A DNA stretch of 60,936 nucleotides. Origin: a virus. This document shows, piece after piece, positions 42,985-51,627 of this stretch. The position numbers and the translations under genes were made by a program. Positions within the stretch are counted from its first letter, which is position 1; the number at the start of each line of letters is the position of its first letter. The stretch lies in IMG/VR virus record IMGVR_UViG_3300015241_000003. One strand, written 5' to 3'. Below the pieces are notes generated by a model. That model was not told the origin of the DNA and ran no database searches. It saw only the letters and a list, made by a program, of their open reading frames with translations.

Positions 42985-43262
42985 GTGAAGATCAAGAGCG
43001 TACTCCTTTTGAGCAAGTGGCAGACCGTCTTGAGCAGTATAGAGAAGCATCTGATGAAGAAAAGCAATACCAGCTAGAGAGAGCTGTTCGAGACTGTTGT
43101 GCTCATATGGGGAAAGAGGAGAAAGAGAATACACTGATACTAGTTGATATTTTCTTCAGTGGATGGGCGAGAGAGACAATACATGCTGCTCTACGAGACG
43201 ATGCAATATATCCTGAGAATGTGGTAGGGAGTGAGTCCCCAATGCCTAAGCTGCTCCGTTGA
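42981..43262 (+). CDS. hypothetical protein
   Basis: 93-aa acidic ORF with an ATGA overlap. Confidence 0.5.
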   Translation: MSEDQERTPFEQVADRLEQYREASDEEKQYQLERAVRDCCAHMGKEEKENTLILVDIFFSGWARETIHAALRDDAIYPENVVGSESPMPKLLR

Positions 43263-43265
43263 GAG

Positions 43266-43307
43266 CAAACAAAAACCGACTTCCAGTAGCTACTCTGGTC
43301 GTCGGTT
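43266..43307 (-). terminator. intrinsic terminator (long composite hairpin)
   Basis: The minus strand reads AACCGAC..CCAGAGTAGCTACTGG..GTCGGTT followed by TTTTGTTTGC. Confidence 0.65.
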
Positions 43308-43436
43308 CCCGCTTATACCTTCATCCATCTCACATGGATAGGAAGCATCGGAAGGATGCATATCCATAAATGAAAGATATAGTCGTTATTCTTCCAATAC
43401 GCGCCTATCCATAGATCATTTACTTTGAACTCTAGG

Positions 43437-43736
43437 CTAATGCTCATTTTCTTCTCCTAACTCAGGAATAACTGTACTACGCGGTTTCAAACTCCAGCCA
43501 TCAAACCACCGCTTATCCTCAGACGCGATGAATTTCGCCATCAGAGGCGCATACACGGCTGTCCTGAGCTGTACCTTCTGTCCTGTACCTTCCATCTTTG
43601 TGTACCGCACCACGCCTGCTACATCGCCAGCCCACGGTATGCTAACGGTGACTTTATCGCCTACAGCCCAGGTCATTGTGCAGCCCTTGCCTTTGCCTGT
43701 GCGTCGGCATATGATCATACGTTCTTGATCTTCCAT
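43437..43736 (-). CDS. hypothetical protein
   Basis: 99-aa ORF with a TGATG overlap onto the upstream gene. Confidence 0.5.
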   Translation of the reverse strand: MEDQERMIICRRTGKGKGCTMTWAVGDKVTVSIPWAGDVAGVVRYTKMEGTGQKVQLRTAVYAPLMAKFIASEDKRWFDGWSLKPRSTVIPELGEENEH

Positions 43737-44131
43737 CAGACTGTCACCTCCATAGCGTTACAGGCCCACAATGCCAGCCAGCATTGGCGACATCGCTCTG
43801 TCTCAGGTACATCCTCAGTAGTCTTCCGCTCTATCTGGTCACCGTGATCATCCTCATAGTAAAAGCCCTGGATAATCTCGGTTACGGCGTCGGTTCCATG
43901 CTTCCATTTGGCACATCTGAGCCCTAGCAGAAGGCCATCAAATATGCCGATGACAGGAGCAGTAGGCGCATTCTCGTAGCGCTGAGGCCCTATGATCTGA
44001 GGAAGAGGCTCATGAGAACTGCTTAGCCTACTCTTTCTTATTTGTTTTATACAGTATTCGCATGAATTGCCAATAAGGCCGCTATACACAGTTGATTTAT
44101 CTGTGTCGCTTCCACATATGGCACATCTCAT
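43736..44131 (-). CDS. hypothetical Cys-rich protein
   Basis: Start placed at ATG 44131 (GGAGG 5 nt upstream). Motifs are MRCAICGSD..CEYC...CRQC. Confidence 0.5.
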   Translation of the reverse strand: MRCAICGSDTDKSTVYSGLIGNSCEYCIKQIRKSRLSSSHEPLPQIIGPQRYENAPTAPVIGIFDGLLLGLRCAKWKHGTDAVTEIIQGFYYEDDHGDQIERKTTEDVPETERCRQCWLALWACNAMEVTV

Positions 44132-44176
44132 CTTGTCCTCCAATGCGGAGCCCGTGAAGAGCCCCGCTTTGCTCAG

Positions 44177-44968
44177 CTACATCTCTACAGGGAACTGTAT
44201 CCATCTTTGACCGTCTAACTCTGGCGTGGGGACCTTTTTGCCATTTATCGCATTTTGCTTGTAAAAGAAGCTTCTGCCTCTCTCTATACACTGGTCTCTC
44301 AAGCCGCGTACCCAATCCTCATTCATCGGTCTAGCTCCATAGCCTGACTCTGCCCCGGTGATGATCCAGTCCAACCCTCGCACGTGTGGGTACGTCTCGC
44401 AGTATCCACAATTCTGGTATTCACCGTGTGGCCACTCACACTCAGGACAGTACTCGAGCCACTTGCGCAGATCAAGAGGCCCTAGAAGTGGCTCGGCACT
44501 AATAAAGCGTATCTTGGCAGGCACCTGGCATAGCTTCTCGGCACGCCACGCATAATCTTGGCTTTCTATGGACGTTCCAAGCCAGATGTTAGGGGTCCAA
44601 GTCAGCTCATGAGCTATAAGAGCAGCTCGGCTAGGGCGTTTTGTCAGGACCTGGAATATATGATGAGAAGCCTTATTCATCGTCTCGAAAACCTGAGCTA
44701 TGAAGCTGTCCGGTACATCCTTGTGGAAGAGGTCACTCATTGAGTTTACAAAGATGGTCGTGGGCTTCTTCCACTGCAACGGTATGGTCAGTCTGTCTGG
44801 CCAGAGCTTCAGATCAAAACCTTGCTCATACGGATGATTCGGTACTCCTCTGAAGCGCTCGGCAAAGGTACGGGCGTAACAGTGGTCACACCCCGGGCTA
44901 ACCTCAGTACAGCCTGTTACCGGATTCCATGTCTTCTCTGTCCACTCTATTTTTGAGTCTCCTGGCAT
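44177..44968 (-). CDS. phage Gp37/Gp68 family protein (DUF5131)
   Basis: KIEWTEKTWNPVTGCTEVSPGCDHCYARTFAERF is the family N-terminal signature. Confidence 0.8.
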   Translation of the reverse strand: MPGDSKIEWTEKTWNPVTGCTEVSPGCDHCYARTFAERFRGVPNHPYEQGFDLKLWPDRLTIPLQWKKPTTIFVNSMSDLFHKDVPDSFIAQVFETMNKASHHIFQVLTKRPSRAALIAHELTWTPNIWLGTSIESQDYAWRAEKLCQVPAKIRFISAEPLLGPLDLRKWLEYCPECEWPHGEYQNCGYCETYPHVRGLDWIITGAESGYGARPMNEDWVRGLRDQCIERGRSFFYKQNAINGKKVPTPELDGQRWIQFPVEM

Positions 44969-44990
44969 TGTCTATAATCCTTCCTTGAAA

Positions 44991-45203
44991 CTACTGAACA
45001 AATATTCCAAAGTCTCTATAAGCCTGAACTATCTCCTGTGTACTATATTCTTTTCGCTGATGGATATACGCATGCCACTGGTCAGAGCGGTGACACCAGC
45101 ATGTGACACCCGAGCAGTATGGAGCATGTGAGGAATGGCTACCAGATAGACAGATGATACTGTCTTGTGTAGGATTGGTCTGAGGAACGTTGGCGTTGAC
45201 CAT
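44991..45203 (-). CDS. hypothetical Cys/His-rich protein
   Basis: 70-aa ORF with an AAAGGAA RBS. Confidence 0.45.
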   Translation of the reverse strand: MVNANVPQTNPTQDSIICLSGSHSSHAPYCSGVTCWCHRSDQWHAYIHQRKEYSTQEIVQAYRDFGIFVQ

Positions 45204-45250
45204 GATGGGTTCCTTTCAGGGCCAGCTCTTGACCACTGGCCCACACTTTC

Positions 45251-45418
45251 CTAGAACACCTTGAACTGCACCAACATACAGGCTATGATGAACAAGCTGA
45301 GCAGAAAAGCGATAGCATCGATAATGATGCTCTTCTTGCTTCCCAGCCAGCAGGCTATTATGATGCCTGACAAGAGCATAGCGATAGCTAGCTGTAGCTT
45401 ATCCGTATGGAATTCCAT
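45251..45418 (-). CDS. possible 55-aa two-TM protein (holin-like topology)
   Basis: ATGA overlap with the upstream stop. The product is MEFHTDKLQLAIAMLLSGIIIACWLGSKKSIIIDAIAFLLSLFIIACMLVQFKVF. Confidence 0.4.
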   Translation of the reverse strand: MEFHTDKLQLAIAMLLSGIIIACWLGSKKSIIIDAIAFLLSLFIIACMLVQFKVF

Positions 45419-45669
45419 CACTCTTGCTCCTTTGGCTTCTGCTGGTCTGACTTGTTCATCTGCTCAGCTACCAGCTTCGCGGCCTCTTCCTCACCTACCA
45501 GTTCCGCCAGCTCCTCATGTGCCTTACCCATACCTTCCATCCGCTTGGTGATAAATTCATGCTTTGATACGCCTTGGGCGAGTCCTGAGAGACCTTGCTG
45601 AGCCGATGCATACTCAGCATCTATCTGGGCTAGTATCTTCGCTACGTCGCTCTCATTGCGTTCTGTCAT
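45418..45669 (-). CDS. hypothetical coiled-coil protein
   Basis: 83-aa ORF with overlaps on both sides. Confidence 0.5.
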   Translation of the reverse strand: MTERNESDVAKILAQIDAEYASAQQGLSGLAQGVSKHEFITKRMEGMGKAHEELAELVGEEEAAKLVAEQMNKSDQQKPKEQE

Positions 45670-46253
45670 GATGCCCTCCAGGTGCTCACGTCGCTCTCAA
45701 CAGCGGCGATGTAGCTACTTGGATCATTGTTGTCGCTCGAAGGGGCGTACTTGGGGACAATGGCCTCTACAGTTGATAGGCCTCCGCTGACATATGCGGG
45801 TCCGCTGATGAGACGATACCAATCGTCAATACCCGCTTGCCATGATGGATACGATCTGAACCTACCGATACAGCTATAGCCATCTGTACAGACGATGTTG
45901 CCTATCGAGTGTGTCTGTACCGCTGCTCCCGATGTACCATAGCCCGATTCGTGGTGGAAGAAGGCCATGGCCACTGAATCGTCAATGTCATACTGAGCCG
46001 AGTCAAGTACAAAAGTTGCGCCAGTTCCCTTAGCCGTGCTACCTGCATTTGAGAGGATAGCGTCAATCTTGGCTGCTGAAAGGCTAGGACCTCCGACCAC
46101 TGAGCTACCTGTAGCAGGCGCTTGACTACTGCTACCATTGGTAAGATACTGCCATCCTTGCCCAGTTCGTGAGCCCGGGCCTATGGCTGTTAGAAGTATG
46201 CCGAGTAGAATAGCGACGACGGCCGCCGCTCCGAGTAATTCTGTTTGTTTCAT
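45666..46253 (-). CDS. membrane-anchored peptidoglycan hydrolase (glucosaminidase-like)
   Basis: N-terminal anchor LLGAAAVVAILLGILLTAIG. AMAFFHHESGYGTSGAA resembles the glucosaminidase ESG.G motif. Confidence 0.55.
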   Translation of the reverse strand: MKQTELLGAAAVVAILLGILLTAIGPGSRTGQGWQYLTNGSSSQAPATGSSVVGGPSLSAAKIDAILSNAGSTAKGTGATFVLDSAQYDIDDSVAMAFFHHESGYGTSGAAVQTHSIGNIVCTDGYSCIGRFRSYPSWQAGIDDWYRLISGPAYVSGGLSTVEAIVPKYAPSSDNNDPSSYIAAVESDVSTWRAS

Positions 46254-46371
46254 GCGTGAATCTCCTGTATGAGAGGTCCACAGGCATGCTAGAATAGATC
46301 TAGCGATGCCTGGGACACACCTTGGGTTGAGCTAAACTACTAGAGGCAGAAGTTGTAGTGGGCCTATGCCT

Positions 46372-46596
46372 CTAGCGAACAACTTTCACGTTACGAGGAC
46401 GCGCTACATTTGCCCTCTTCGGTAGTGGCTTGGGCTTCTTCTGTGGCCTCTGCGACATGACTCCCAAAATGAATATCAGGATGATCGTCACCAGTAGCAG
46501 GACCCCTAATACTTCCCACTTGTCCTTGAATGTGAGGACTTGTAGGCTCCCTGCTACGAAGCCGATGTATAGCATGAGTAGATATGCTGCTTTCAT
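46372..46596 (-). CDS. two-TM membrane protein with basic tail
   Basis: ATG 46596 overlaps the J-domain gene stop (ATGA). The product is MKAAYLLMLYIGFVAGSLQVL...VLGVLLLVTIILIFILGV. Confidence 0.5.
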   Translation of the reverse strand: MKAAYLLMLYIGFVAGSLQVLTFKDKWEVLGVLLLVTIILIFILGVMSQRPQKKPKPLPKRANVARPRNVKVVR

Positions 46597-46937
46597 GAGC
46601 CTACTTTCCCTATCCACGCATTTACGGTATTGTATGCGCTATTAATCTCTTGCATCTTCTTAGCGTCGCCTCCACAATCGGGGTGATAGAGCTTTGCCAG
46701 CTTGCGATAAGCCTCTTTAAGCTCAGATGGCTGTGGAGCCTGGCTAACAGGCAAGCCCAAGCTCTTCAAAGCGGCTACCACGTGTGGTGGAACTTCAGTT
46801 TCTCTAGGCATTGAAGGCGACTCAGTAAGGCGCTTCAATGTCTCGCGCAGCTCGGGGCTGCTAAACATGCCTGCATCAGCATTCAATCTCTCTTGTAATA
46901 GATGTAGTCGATGGAGCACCTCCTCGGTCTTATCCAT
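46593..46937 (-). CDS. J-domain (DnaJ-like) protein
   Basis: Start placed at ATG 46937 (GGAG RBS). The C-terminal ELKEAYRKLAKLYHPDCGGDAKKMQEINSAYN carries the HPD motif. Confidence 0.75.
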   Translation of the reverse strand: MDKTEEVLHRLHLLQERLNADAGMFSSPELRETLKRLTESPSMPRETEVPPHVVAALKSLGLPVSQAPQPSELKEAYRKLAKLYHPDCGGDAKKMQEINSAYNTVNAWIGKVGS

Positions 46938-47103
46938 GGATCTCCTTTCTGCGCTTCGTACTAACCTTGCCCCCGATCTTACCAGCCTTGCGAGCCTCCT
47001 CCGATGACCACCTGTGGCCTTTGCCAGACTTGCCGCCCTTGCTAGCAACTGCACGTCGCTTGGCTGTATCCATGCTGGCAAAGCCCTTGGTTGCATTCGA
47101 CAA
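46930..47103 (-). CDS. KGG-repeat (general-stress-type) small basic protein
   Basis: TTG start 6 nt after AAGGAGG. SNATKGFASMDTAKRRAVASKGGKSGKGHRWSSEEARKAGKIGG matches the GFASMD / KGG motif. Confidence 0.5.
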   Translation of the reverse strand: MSNATKGFASMDTAKRRAVASKGGKSGKGHRWSSEEARKAGKIGGKVSTKRRKEIHG

Positions 47104-47121
47104 CCTTAACCTCCTTTCCTC

Positions 47122-47331
47122 CTACTTTGGACTGACTTCTGAATCATCATCCTGCCAAGCAGTACACTCATTGCACCAAGGGGCATTGCCCACAACGCGC
47201 CATCCGTAGAATTTGAGCCTCATGATCGCCCGTTGCGGTGACCCTTCTTCATACTCTACATGCCCACATTTCGCGCATTTTGCTCTGTGACACGGTATTG
47301 GTATCAATTGCCACTTCTCAACTTCTGACAA
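47122..47331 (-). CDS. zinc-ribbon protein
   Basis: 69 aa with CHRAKCAKC...CNEC. TTG start. Confidence 0.45.
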   Translation of the reverse strand: MSEVEKWQLIPIPCHRAKCAKCGHVEYEEGSPQRAIMRLKFYGWRVVGNAPWCNECTAWQDDDSEVSPK

Positions 47332-47332
47332 A

Positions 47333-47821
47333 CTATGCTCCTTTCTTCAGCTTCTCAGCCTCAGCTCTGTACTCTTGCGCCCAAGCCTTTTGACGTGCCT
47401 TGTCGCGTTTGTGGATCTCGCGCCACTCCTCAACGGTGAGAGGTCGGCTACCGTCGTACTGCTCAGGCGTGTGTACCTCCTCAACTTTGGGCTCCACAAC
47501 CTTCTCAGCTTTGGCCTGCACCACGTGCTCAACGACATACTGCTGAGCAACGGTGGTATGAGCATGAGCTTTGCAATTGGCCCCGCATGAGCACTGGTAC
47601 TGGTTACGCTCTGTATTGAACTTCACAGCATAGTAGCGTTGTGCTCTGCGCTCAGATGCTACCAGGAAGAACGTCTCGCCCTCTGCGATGTGGCTATTGC
47701 CAATCGTGAAGCTCTTGCGAGCTGTACACTTGACGACCTTCTTGGTGATGTTCTCGATGAGTACGGTTGCCTCGACCTGGGGCAGTGCTTTGGCTGTACG
47801 CTTCGATGTGCTGTGGTTCAT
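47333..47821 (-). CDS. hypothetical protein with SWIM-like CxC..CxH motif
   Basis: GGAGG RBS and a YQCSCGANCKAHAH motif. Confidence 0.5.
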   Translation of the reverse strand: MNHSTSKRTAKALPQVEATVLIENITKKVVKCTARKSFTIGNSHIAEGETFFLVASERRAQRYYAVKFNTERNQYQCSCGANCKAHAHTTVAQQYVVEHVVQAKAEKVVEPKVEEVHTPEQYDGSRPLTVEEWREIHKRDKARQKAWAQEYRAEAEKLKKGA

Positions 47822-47968
47822 GGTGATTGTCCTCCGCTTTACGTTTATTGTTCCGCTTGGTATGTAAGAAGGATAACACGAGAACGTGAGATTGTCAAGA
47901 GGTTTACACTGATATTTTTACGAATGTGCTTATGTGGTCGCAAATTGATTGCCATGTGGGTAACTACG

Positions 47969-47997
47969 TTGACAATAGTGTACTCTCATGATATTCT
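47969..47997 (+). promoter_or_regulatory. sigma70-type promoter TTGACA-17-TATTCT (extended -10 TG)
   Basis: -35 at 47969-47974 and -10 at 47992-47997, in a divergent intergenic region. Confidence 0.6.
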
Positions 47998-48043
47998 TAG
48001 AACAAGCCAAGGGCTTATGGCTCTTGAGAAATGGAGGATACAA

Positions 48044-48289
48044 ATGTCTAAACTAATTATTAAGGAAGTTGCAGTAAAAAAGGGGCTTAACCAGAGTCAG
48101 CTACAACTTAAAGCGGCGGTTACTCCTCAGCTCCTTTATCGTTACTGGCATAACTTCACAAAGAGCGTAGAGCTAGAACAGCTTGAGAAAATAGCAACCG
48201 CTTTAGAAGTAGATCCGGGTGAGTTACTCGTGTCTGAGAAGAAGTACAAGGCCATGACAGCACAATCTGAAGAGCCAAGTGTGGCATAG
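48044..48289 (+). CDS. XRE-family HTH regulator
   Basis: ATG 48044 after GGAGGA. LNQSQLQLKAAVTPQLLYRYWHN is HTH-like. Confidence 0.65.
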   Translation: MSKLIIKEVAVKKGLNQSQLQLKAAVTPQLLYRYWHNFTKSVELEQLEKIATALEVDPGELLVSEKKYKAMTAQSEEPSVA

Positions 48290-48389
48290 CCCAGGGCACA
48301 CGCCGCACGGCTGACAACTGAGGGCGTGTACCCCTAAACTACTCGGGGACAGTATAGCATGATACATTTACTTGTAGGGAGGCGGTAAG

Positions 48390-49496
48390 GTGACTACTCC
48401 AAGAGAAAGGCGGCCACGCCAACGCGTTGTGCCACAGCCAGCGCATAGCGTTCTTAACCACAAGAACGATCATGTCACCCGCCAAATAGAACGAGGTCTC
48501 ATGCAAGCAAGGGAGTACAAGGTGAACGAGAAAGCTAATCAACTCATGTATCACCATGAATTTGAAGCACCTAGAAGGAGTATTGGAGAGATACGGTTTC
48601 TTGTAAAGGGTCTGGCTGAGCAAGCACACGAAAAGATTACCGTAGCACTAGATTCGCTTGGGGATGCTTGCCGAGATACCTTCGTTGCGATTACTGCTCT
48701 CGGTATCCAGAAAAACGGTACTGACAACATGTGCGCCACATTCAAAGTCTCTGTAGATGAAATACTCGATGCCTGTGGCAAACAAAGAAGCAACGGATCT
48801 TTTAACCCCGAGGCTAGAGCAGAAGTCATTAAGCATGTCAAAACACTCTCTCAGACTCAGATCAAATTCACCATGCCAACAACAAGGCAGGTAAAACAAG
48901 GCAGGAAGTGGGTATGGGAAGACAGTGAAATTAAGGTTATTGGTCCTATCATCGTCTACAGTGGGACTATTGGTGAGTATATGCGGATCACTGGCAAGGA
49001 GTTATGGGAGGTACAGGTTGTCGCACTTGGCCCCTGGGCTGAATTCACTGGTGGTAAAGTAACGACAAAGGTTATGCCTCAACAAGTCCTGGCTTACTCT
49101 TCAAAATTAGAGCCCTATCATAAGAAATTAGGACACTATCTGTCCGAACTGTTCCGCAACAATGCCCGTGAGACTAAAGGTGTTATGCCACATGGGATTA
49201 CCATGAGAGCACTCTTTGAAGGCGCTCTCATTGAACCTCCACGCAATCGAGGCGAATTTAAGAGCGATATCGACAAGGCTTTAGACCACCTAAAGCAAGA
49301 TAGCGTGATTGGGAGCTACTGGTACATGTCAGAGAAGAATCAGCCAGCAGCATGTCAAATAGTTGAGAAGCGCATGGGTCGCTGGTTCGATGTGTACCTT
49401 GGCTTGTTCATCAATTTCTCACCGCCTAAGAGCACACTTGACCACTACAAGAACATAGCAAAGAGGGAGGGCACAGCAGAGGATGAAAACAGCTAA
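48390..49496 (+). CDS. putative iteron-binding replication/maintenance protein
   Basis: 368-aa ORF with a GTG start after GGGAGG. Three perfect 21-bp direct repeats follow it immediately. I recognised no motif-level family. Confidence 0.35.
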   Translation: MTTPRERRPRQRVVPQPAHSVLNHKNDHVTRQIERGLMQAREYKVNEKANQLMYHHEFEAPRRSIGEIRFLVKGLAEQAHEKITVALDSLGDACRDTFVAITALGIQKNGTDNMCATFKVSVDEILDACGKQRSNGSFNPEARAEVIKHVKTLSQTQIKFTMPTTRQVKQGRKWVWEDSEIKVIGPIIVYSGTIGEYMRITGKELWEVQVVALGPWAEFTGGKVTTKVMPQQVLAYSSKLEPYHKKLGHYLSELFRNNARETKGVMPHGITMRALFEGALIEPPRNRGEFKSDIDKALDHLKQDSVIGSYWYMSEKNQPAACQIVEKRMGRWFDVYLGLFINFSPPKSTLDHYKNIAKREGTAEDENS

Positions 49497-49512
49497 CTTG
49501 TATGGTACAAGT

Positions 49513-49575
49513 TCCACTGTTAGACGTACTGAATCCACCGCAAGACGTACTAACTCCACTGTTAGACGTACTAAC
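49513..49575. repeat. three tandem 21-bp iterons TCCAC(T/C)G(T/C)(T/A)AGACGTACT(G/A)A(A/C)
   Basis: Units at 49513-49533, 49534-49554 and 49555-49575, head to tail with no spacer. An AT-rich stretch follows. Confidence 0.85.
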
Positions 49576-49689
49576 TCAGCTCAAAAAGGCGTTTAATAAA
49601 CTTAATAAAATTAAGTGTGAGAGCGTGTCTTTAGCTAACGCCAGACACGACTCACATAGGGAACGAAGAGAGAGCTGAACATTCCTGCA

Positions 49690-49725
49690 TAAGCAAAAGG
49701 AGAGCAGAATTATCGCTGCTCTCCT
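49690..49725 (-). terminator. intrinsic terminator
   Basis: The minus strand reads AGGAGAGCAG-CGATAATT-CTGCTCTCCT followed by TTTTGCTT. Confidence 0.75.
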
Positions 49726-49747
49726 ACTTGGACACAATGTCTAGACG

Positions 49748-50278
49748 CTACTTTAGTTCCTGAATCGTGATAGTCCAGTCGATACCACTGAAGATCTTCA
49801 GATAAACACTGCCACCTTTGTGCTCAAAACTCTCTCCTCTTGTTGGAGTGCTCTTGCACGTGGTATTAACGGCGTCAAAATCTGCCATATCGCTAGTGTT
49901 GGCATCGTAGACTTGGACAATGAGAGCTGCACCATCGTACTGGCAAAACCATTGGATCTTCCAGTCATCCACAACCTTGATCGTCTCTGTCTGATTATCG
50001 CCATTGCCTGTATAGGTGTGTGTGGTCTTCCAGGCTTTGGGGATAGGAGTAGGCGTAGGCGTAGGGACTGGGTTGCCGCCAATATCCTCATGAGAGGTCG
50101 TCGGTTGACTGGTAGTTGAGCTATCCTTGTTGAGAGTGCTCCCATATGCCGCTAGAAGCACGAAAAAGCCGATGACGATACCAGCGACTAGCCAGCCATT
50201 AGGCTTCTTCTTTGGAGGTCCTACGGGCTGCTGTGGTGGATATTGCCCATACTGCGGAGGAGGAGGATAATTGTTCAT
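49748..50278 (-). CDS. membrane-anchored protein with Pro-rich N-terminus and extracytoplasmic domain
   Basis: Start placed at ATG 50278. The product has MNNYPPPPQYGQYPPQQP, a TM segment WLVAGIVIGFFVLLAAYG, a Thr/Pro linker, and then a beta-rich domain. Confidence 0.55.
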   Translation of the reverse strand: MNNYPPPPQYGQYPPQQPVGPPKKKPNGWLVAGIVIGFFVLLAAYGSTLNKDSSTTSQPTTSHEDIGGNPVPTPTPTPIPKAWKTTHTYTGNGDNQTETIKVVDDWKIQWFCQYDGAALIVQVYDANTSDMADFDAVNTTCKSTPTRGESFEHKGGSVYLKIFSGIDWTITIQELK

Positions 50279-50392
50279 GAACTCCCTTTCTAACATGTAA
50301 ATAACTAAATATGTGCACGCGAATCAAAACGAGTGGATAGACAGAGTTTAACAGCAGGAATTTACACAAGAGGAGAGGTAGGCAGGAGAGCG

Positions 50393-51556
50393 CTATATCT
50401 TGCCATGCCTCTTCAGCACTTCGATAGCTTTCTCTTGTTGCTCAGGTGTGAGGTACTTCATCGTATACCCCGCTCTCGAATGGTGGGGTATCTCAGTGAC
50501 CTCCAACGGGTCTCCATACACACCACGTTCTATAGCCCTTTTGAAGAAGTTCTGATAGTCGATGCTGTATAGCTTGCAGAAGTCGGTAGCCGAGAGAGTA
50601 CCTTCTGGTAAGTCAGCAGGGATAGGGATGCTTGCGGTTGTAGCGCGATTCTGGGGCTCTTGCTGAGTGATGGTAGCAGTAGTGGTCATGGTTGGTAGAG
50701 ACGTGCTAGAAGCCTCTGCAATGGGAGGATATTGCAAATCTAAGGGAAGCGGTGCTTTGTTGATCATCTCCTCTTTCAAGCGGCGGATAACCTTTGAAGC
50801 TGCTGGTCTGGCTAGATCAAGTTCGTATGCATTGAAAGCAAGGTCAGGACGCGGGGCCATAAAGAAATGTTGCACAAGCATATCGCCCTTTGCGGATACA
50901 GCTTGTGCGTAGATCTTGCGGATGTAGCGTTCTGGATACTGTTCAAGCCAAAACTGTGCATACCTGAAAAGCAGCTTATAGAGCAGATCCGGTCTATCAG
51001 GATGAGCAACAGCACTATTAGCCAGTAGAGTATAGCCACCCGGTCTATCGTAGCGTTCAATCTCCTCTGCTCTGATAGAGTATTCCTCTCGTTTCCCTCT
51101 CAGCACATCGAATATAACGCTCTCATCTGGTATGGGGAGCACACAGATATACGCTAGGCATTTCTCTCTATCTTCCTGGTCATAAGCCCCTATCGCAACG
51201 CGGGGATTCTTCTCTAGCCAGGGGCGATAGGTCGCAAAATCCGCAATCATTTGGCTATCATAGACAAGATAGTCAAGTCTGAGAATGCCGATTAGATCAC
51301 GCGGGTATGCCCAATCTATCACAACGGGGTCCCAGACCAGCCTCTTTTTATATTTGCGCTTTGTCTGCGTTTCTCTTTTCTCTTTGATGGCTATGATATC
51401 TGCAAGGCTATATCTTCCGTGCCTTGGCTTACTGCCAGACTCCACTCTCACTTGTCCTGACTCAACGAGATAGAAGAAAGAGCCCCTGCTTATTCCCAGC
51501 ATGTCAGCTCCCTCTTGCCAGGGGACGTATATTTCTTGACTAGGCTGTATATCCAT
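50393..51556 (-). CDS. HTH-domain protein with large C-terminal region (candidate repressor)
   Basis: GGAG RBS. The N-terminal GADMLGISRGSFFYLVESGQV is HTH-like. The gene is divergent from an operator-bearing early promoter. Confidence 0.5.
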   Translation of the reverse strand: MDIQPSQEIYVPWQEGADMLGISRGSFFYLVESGQVRVESGSKPRHGRYSLADIIAIKEKRETQTKRKYKKRLVWDPVVIDWAYPRDLIGILRLDYLVYDSQMIADFATYRPWLEKNPRVAIGAYDQEDREKCLAYICVLPIPDESVIFDVLRGKREEYSIRAEEIERYDRPGGYTLLANSAVAHPDRPDLLYKLLFRYAQFWLEQYPERYIRKIYAQAVSAKGDMLVQHFFMAPRPDLAFNAYELDLARPAASKVIRRLKEEMINKAPLPLDLQYPPIAEASSTSLPTMTTTATITQQEPQNRATTASIPIPADLPEGTLSATDFCKLYSIDYQNFFKRAIERGVYGDPLEVTEIPHHSRAGYTMKYLTPEQQEKAIEVLKRHGKI

Positions 51557-51627
51557 GATTTCTCCGTATTGATATCTTAACTCCTCTTTATTTTAACGGA
51601 TTTTTTAGTTAAAGTCAAAAGATTTCT

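Noticed and set aside
46938-47096. An N-terminal extension of the J-domain ORF to 167 aa, as listed in the ORF track.
   Set aside because: The extension is Arg/Ala-rich with no RBS. A different frame over the same bases encodes a KGG/GFASMD-motif protein with an AAGGAGG RBS, and an internal ATG at 46937 has its own GGAG RBS.
48390-49496. The 368-aa ORF considered as a possible tyrosine recombinase/integrase, given the lack of any other candidate.
   Set aside because: I could not find an R..H-x-x-R..Y catalytic pattern. The adjacent perfect 21-bp direct repeats fit an iteron-binding protein better. This remains unverified without a profile search.
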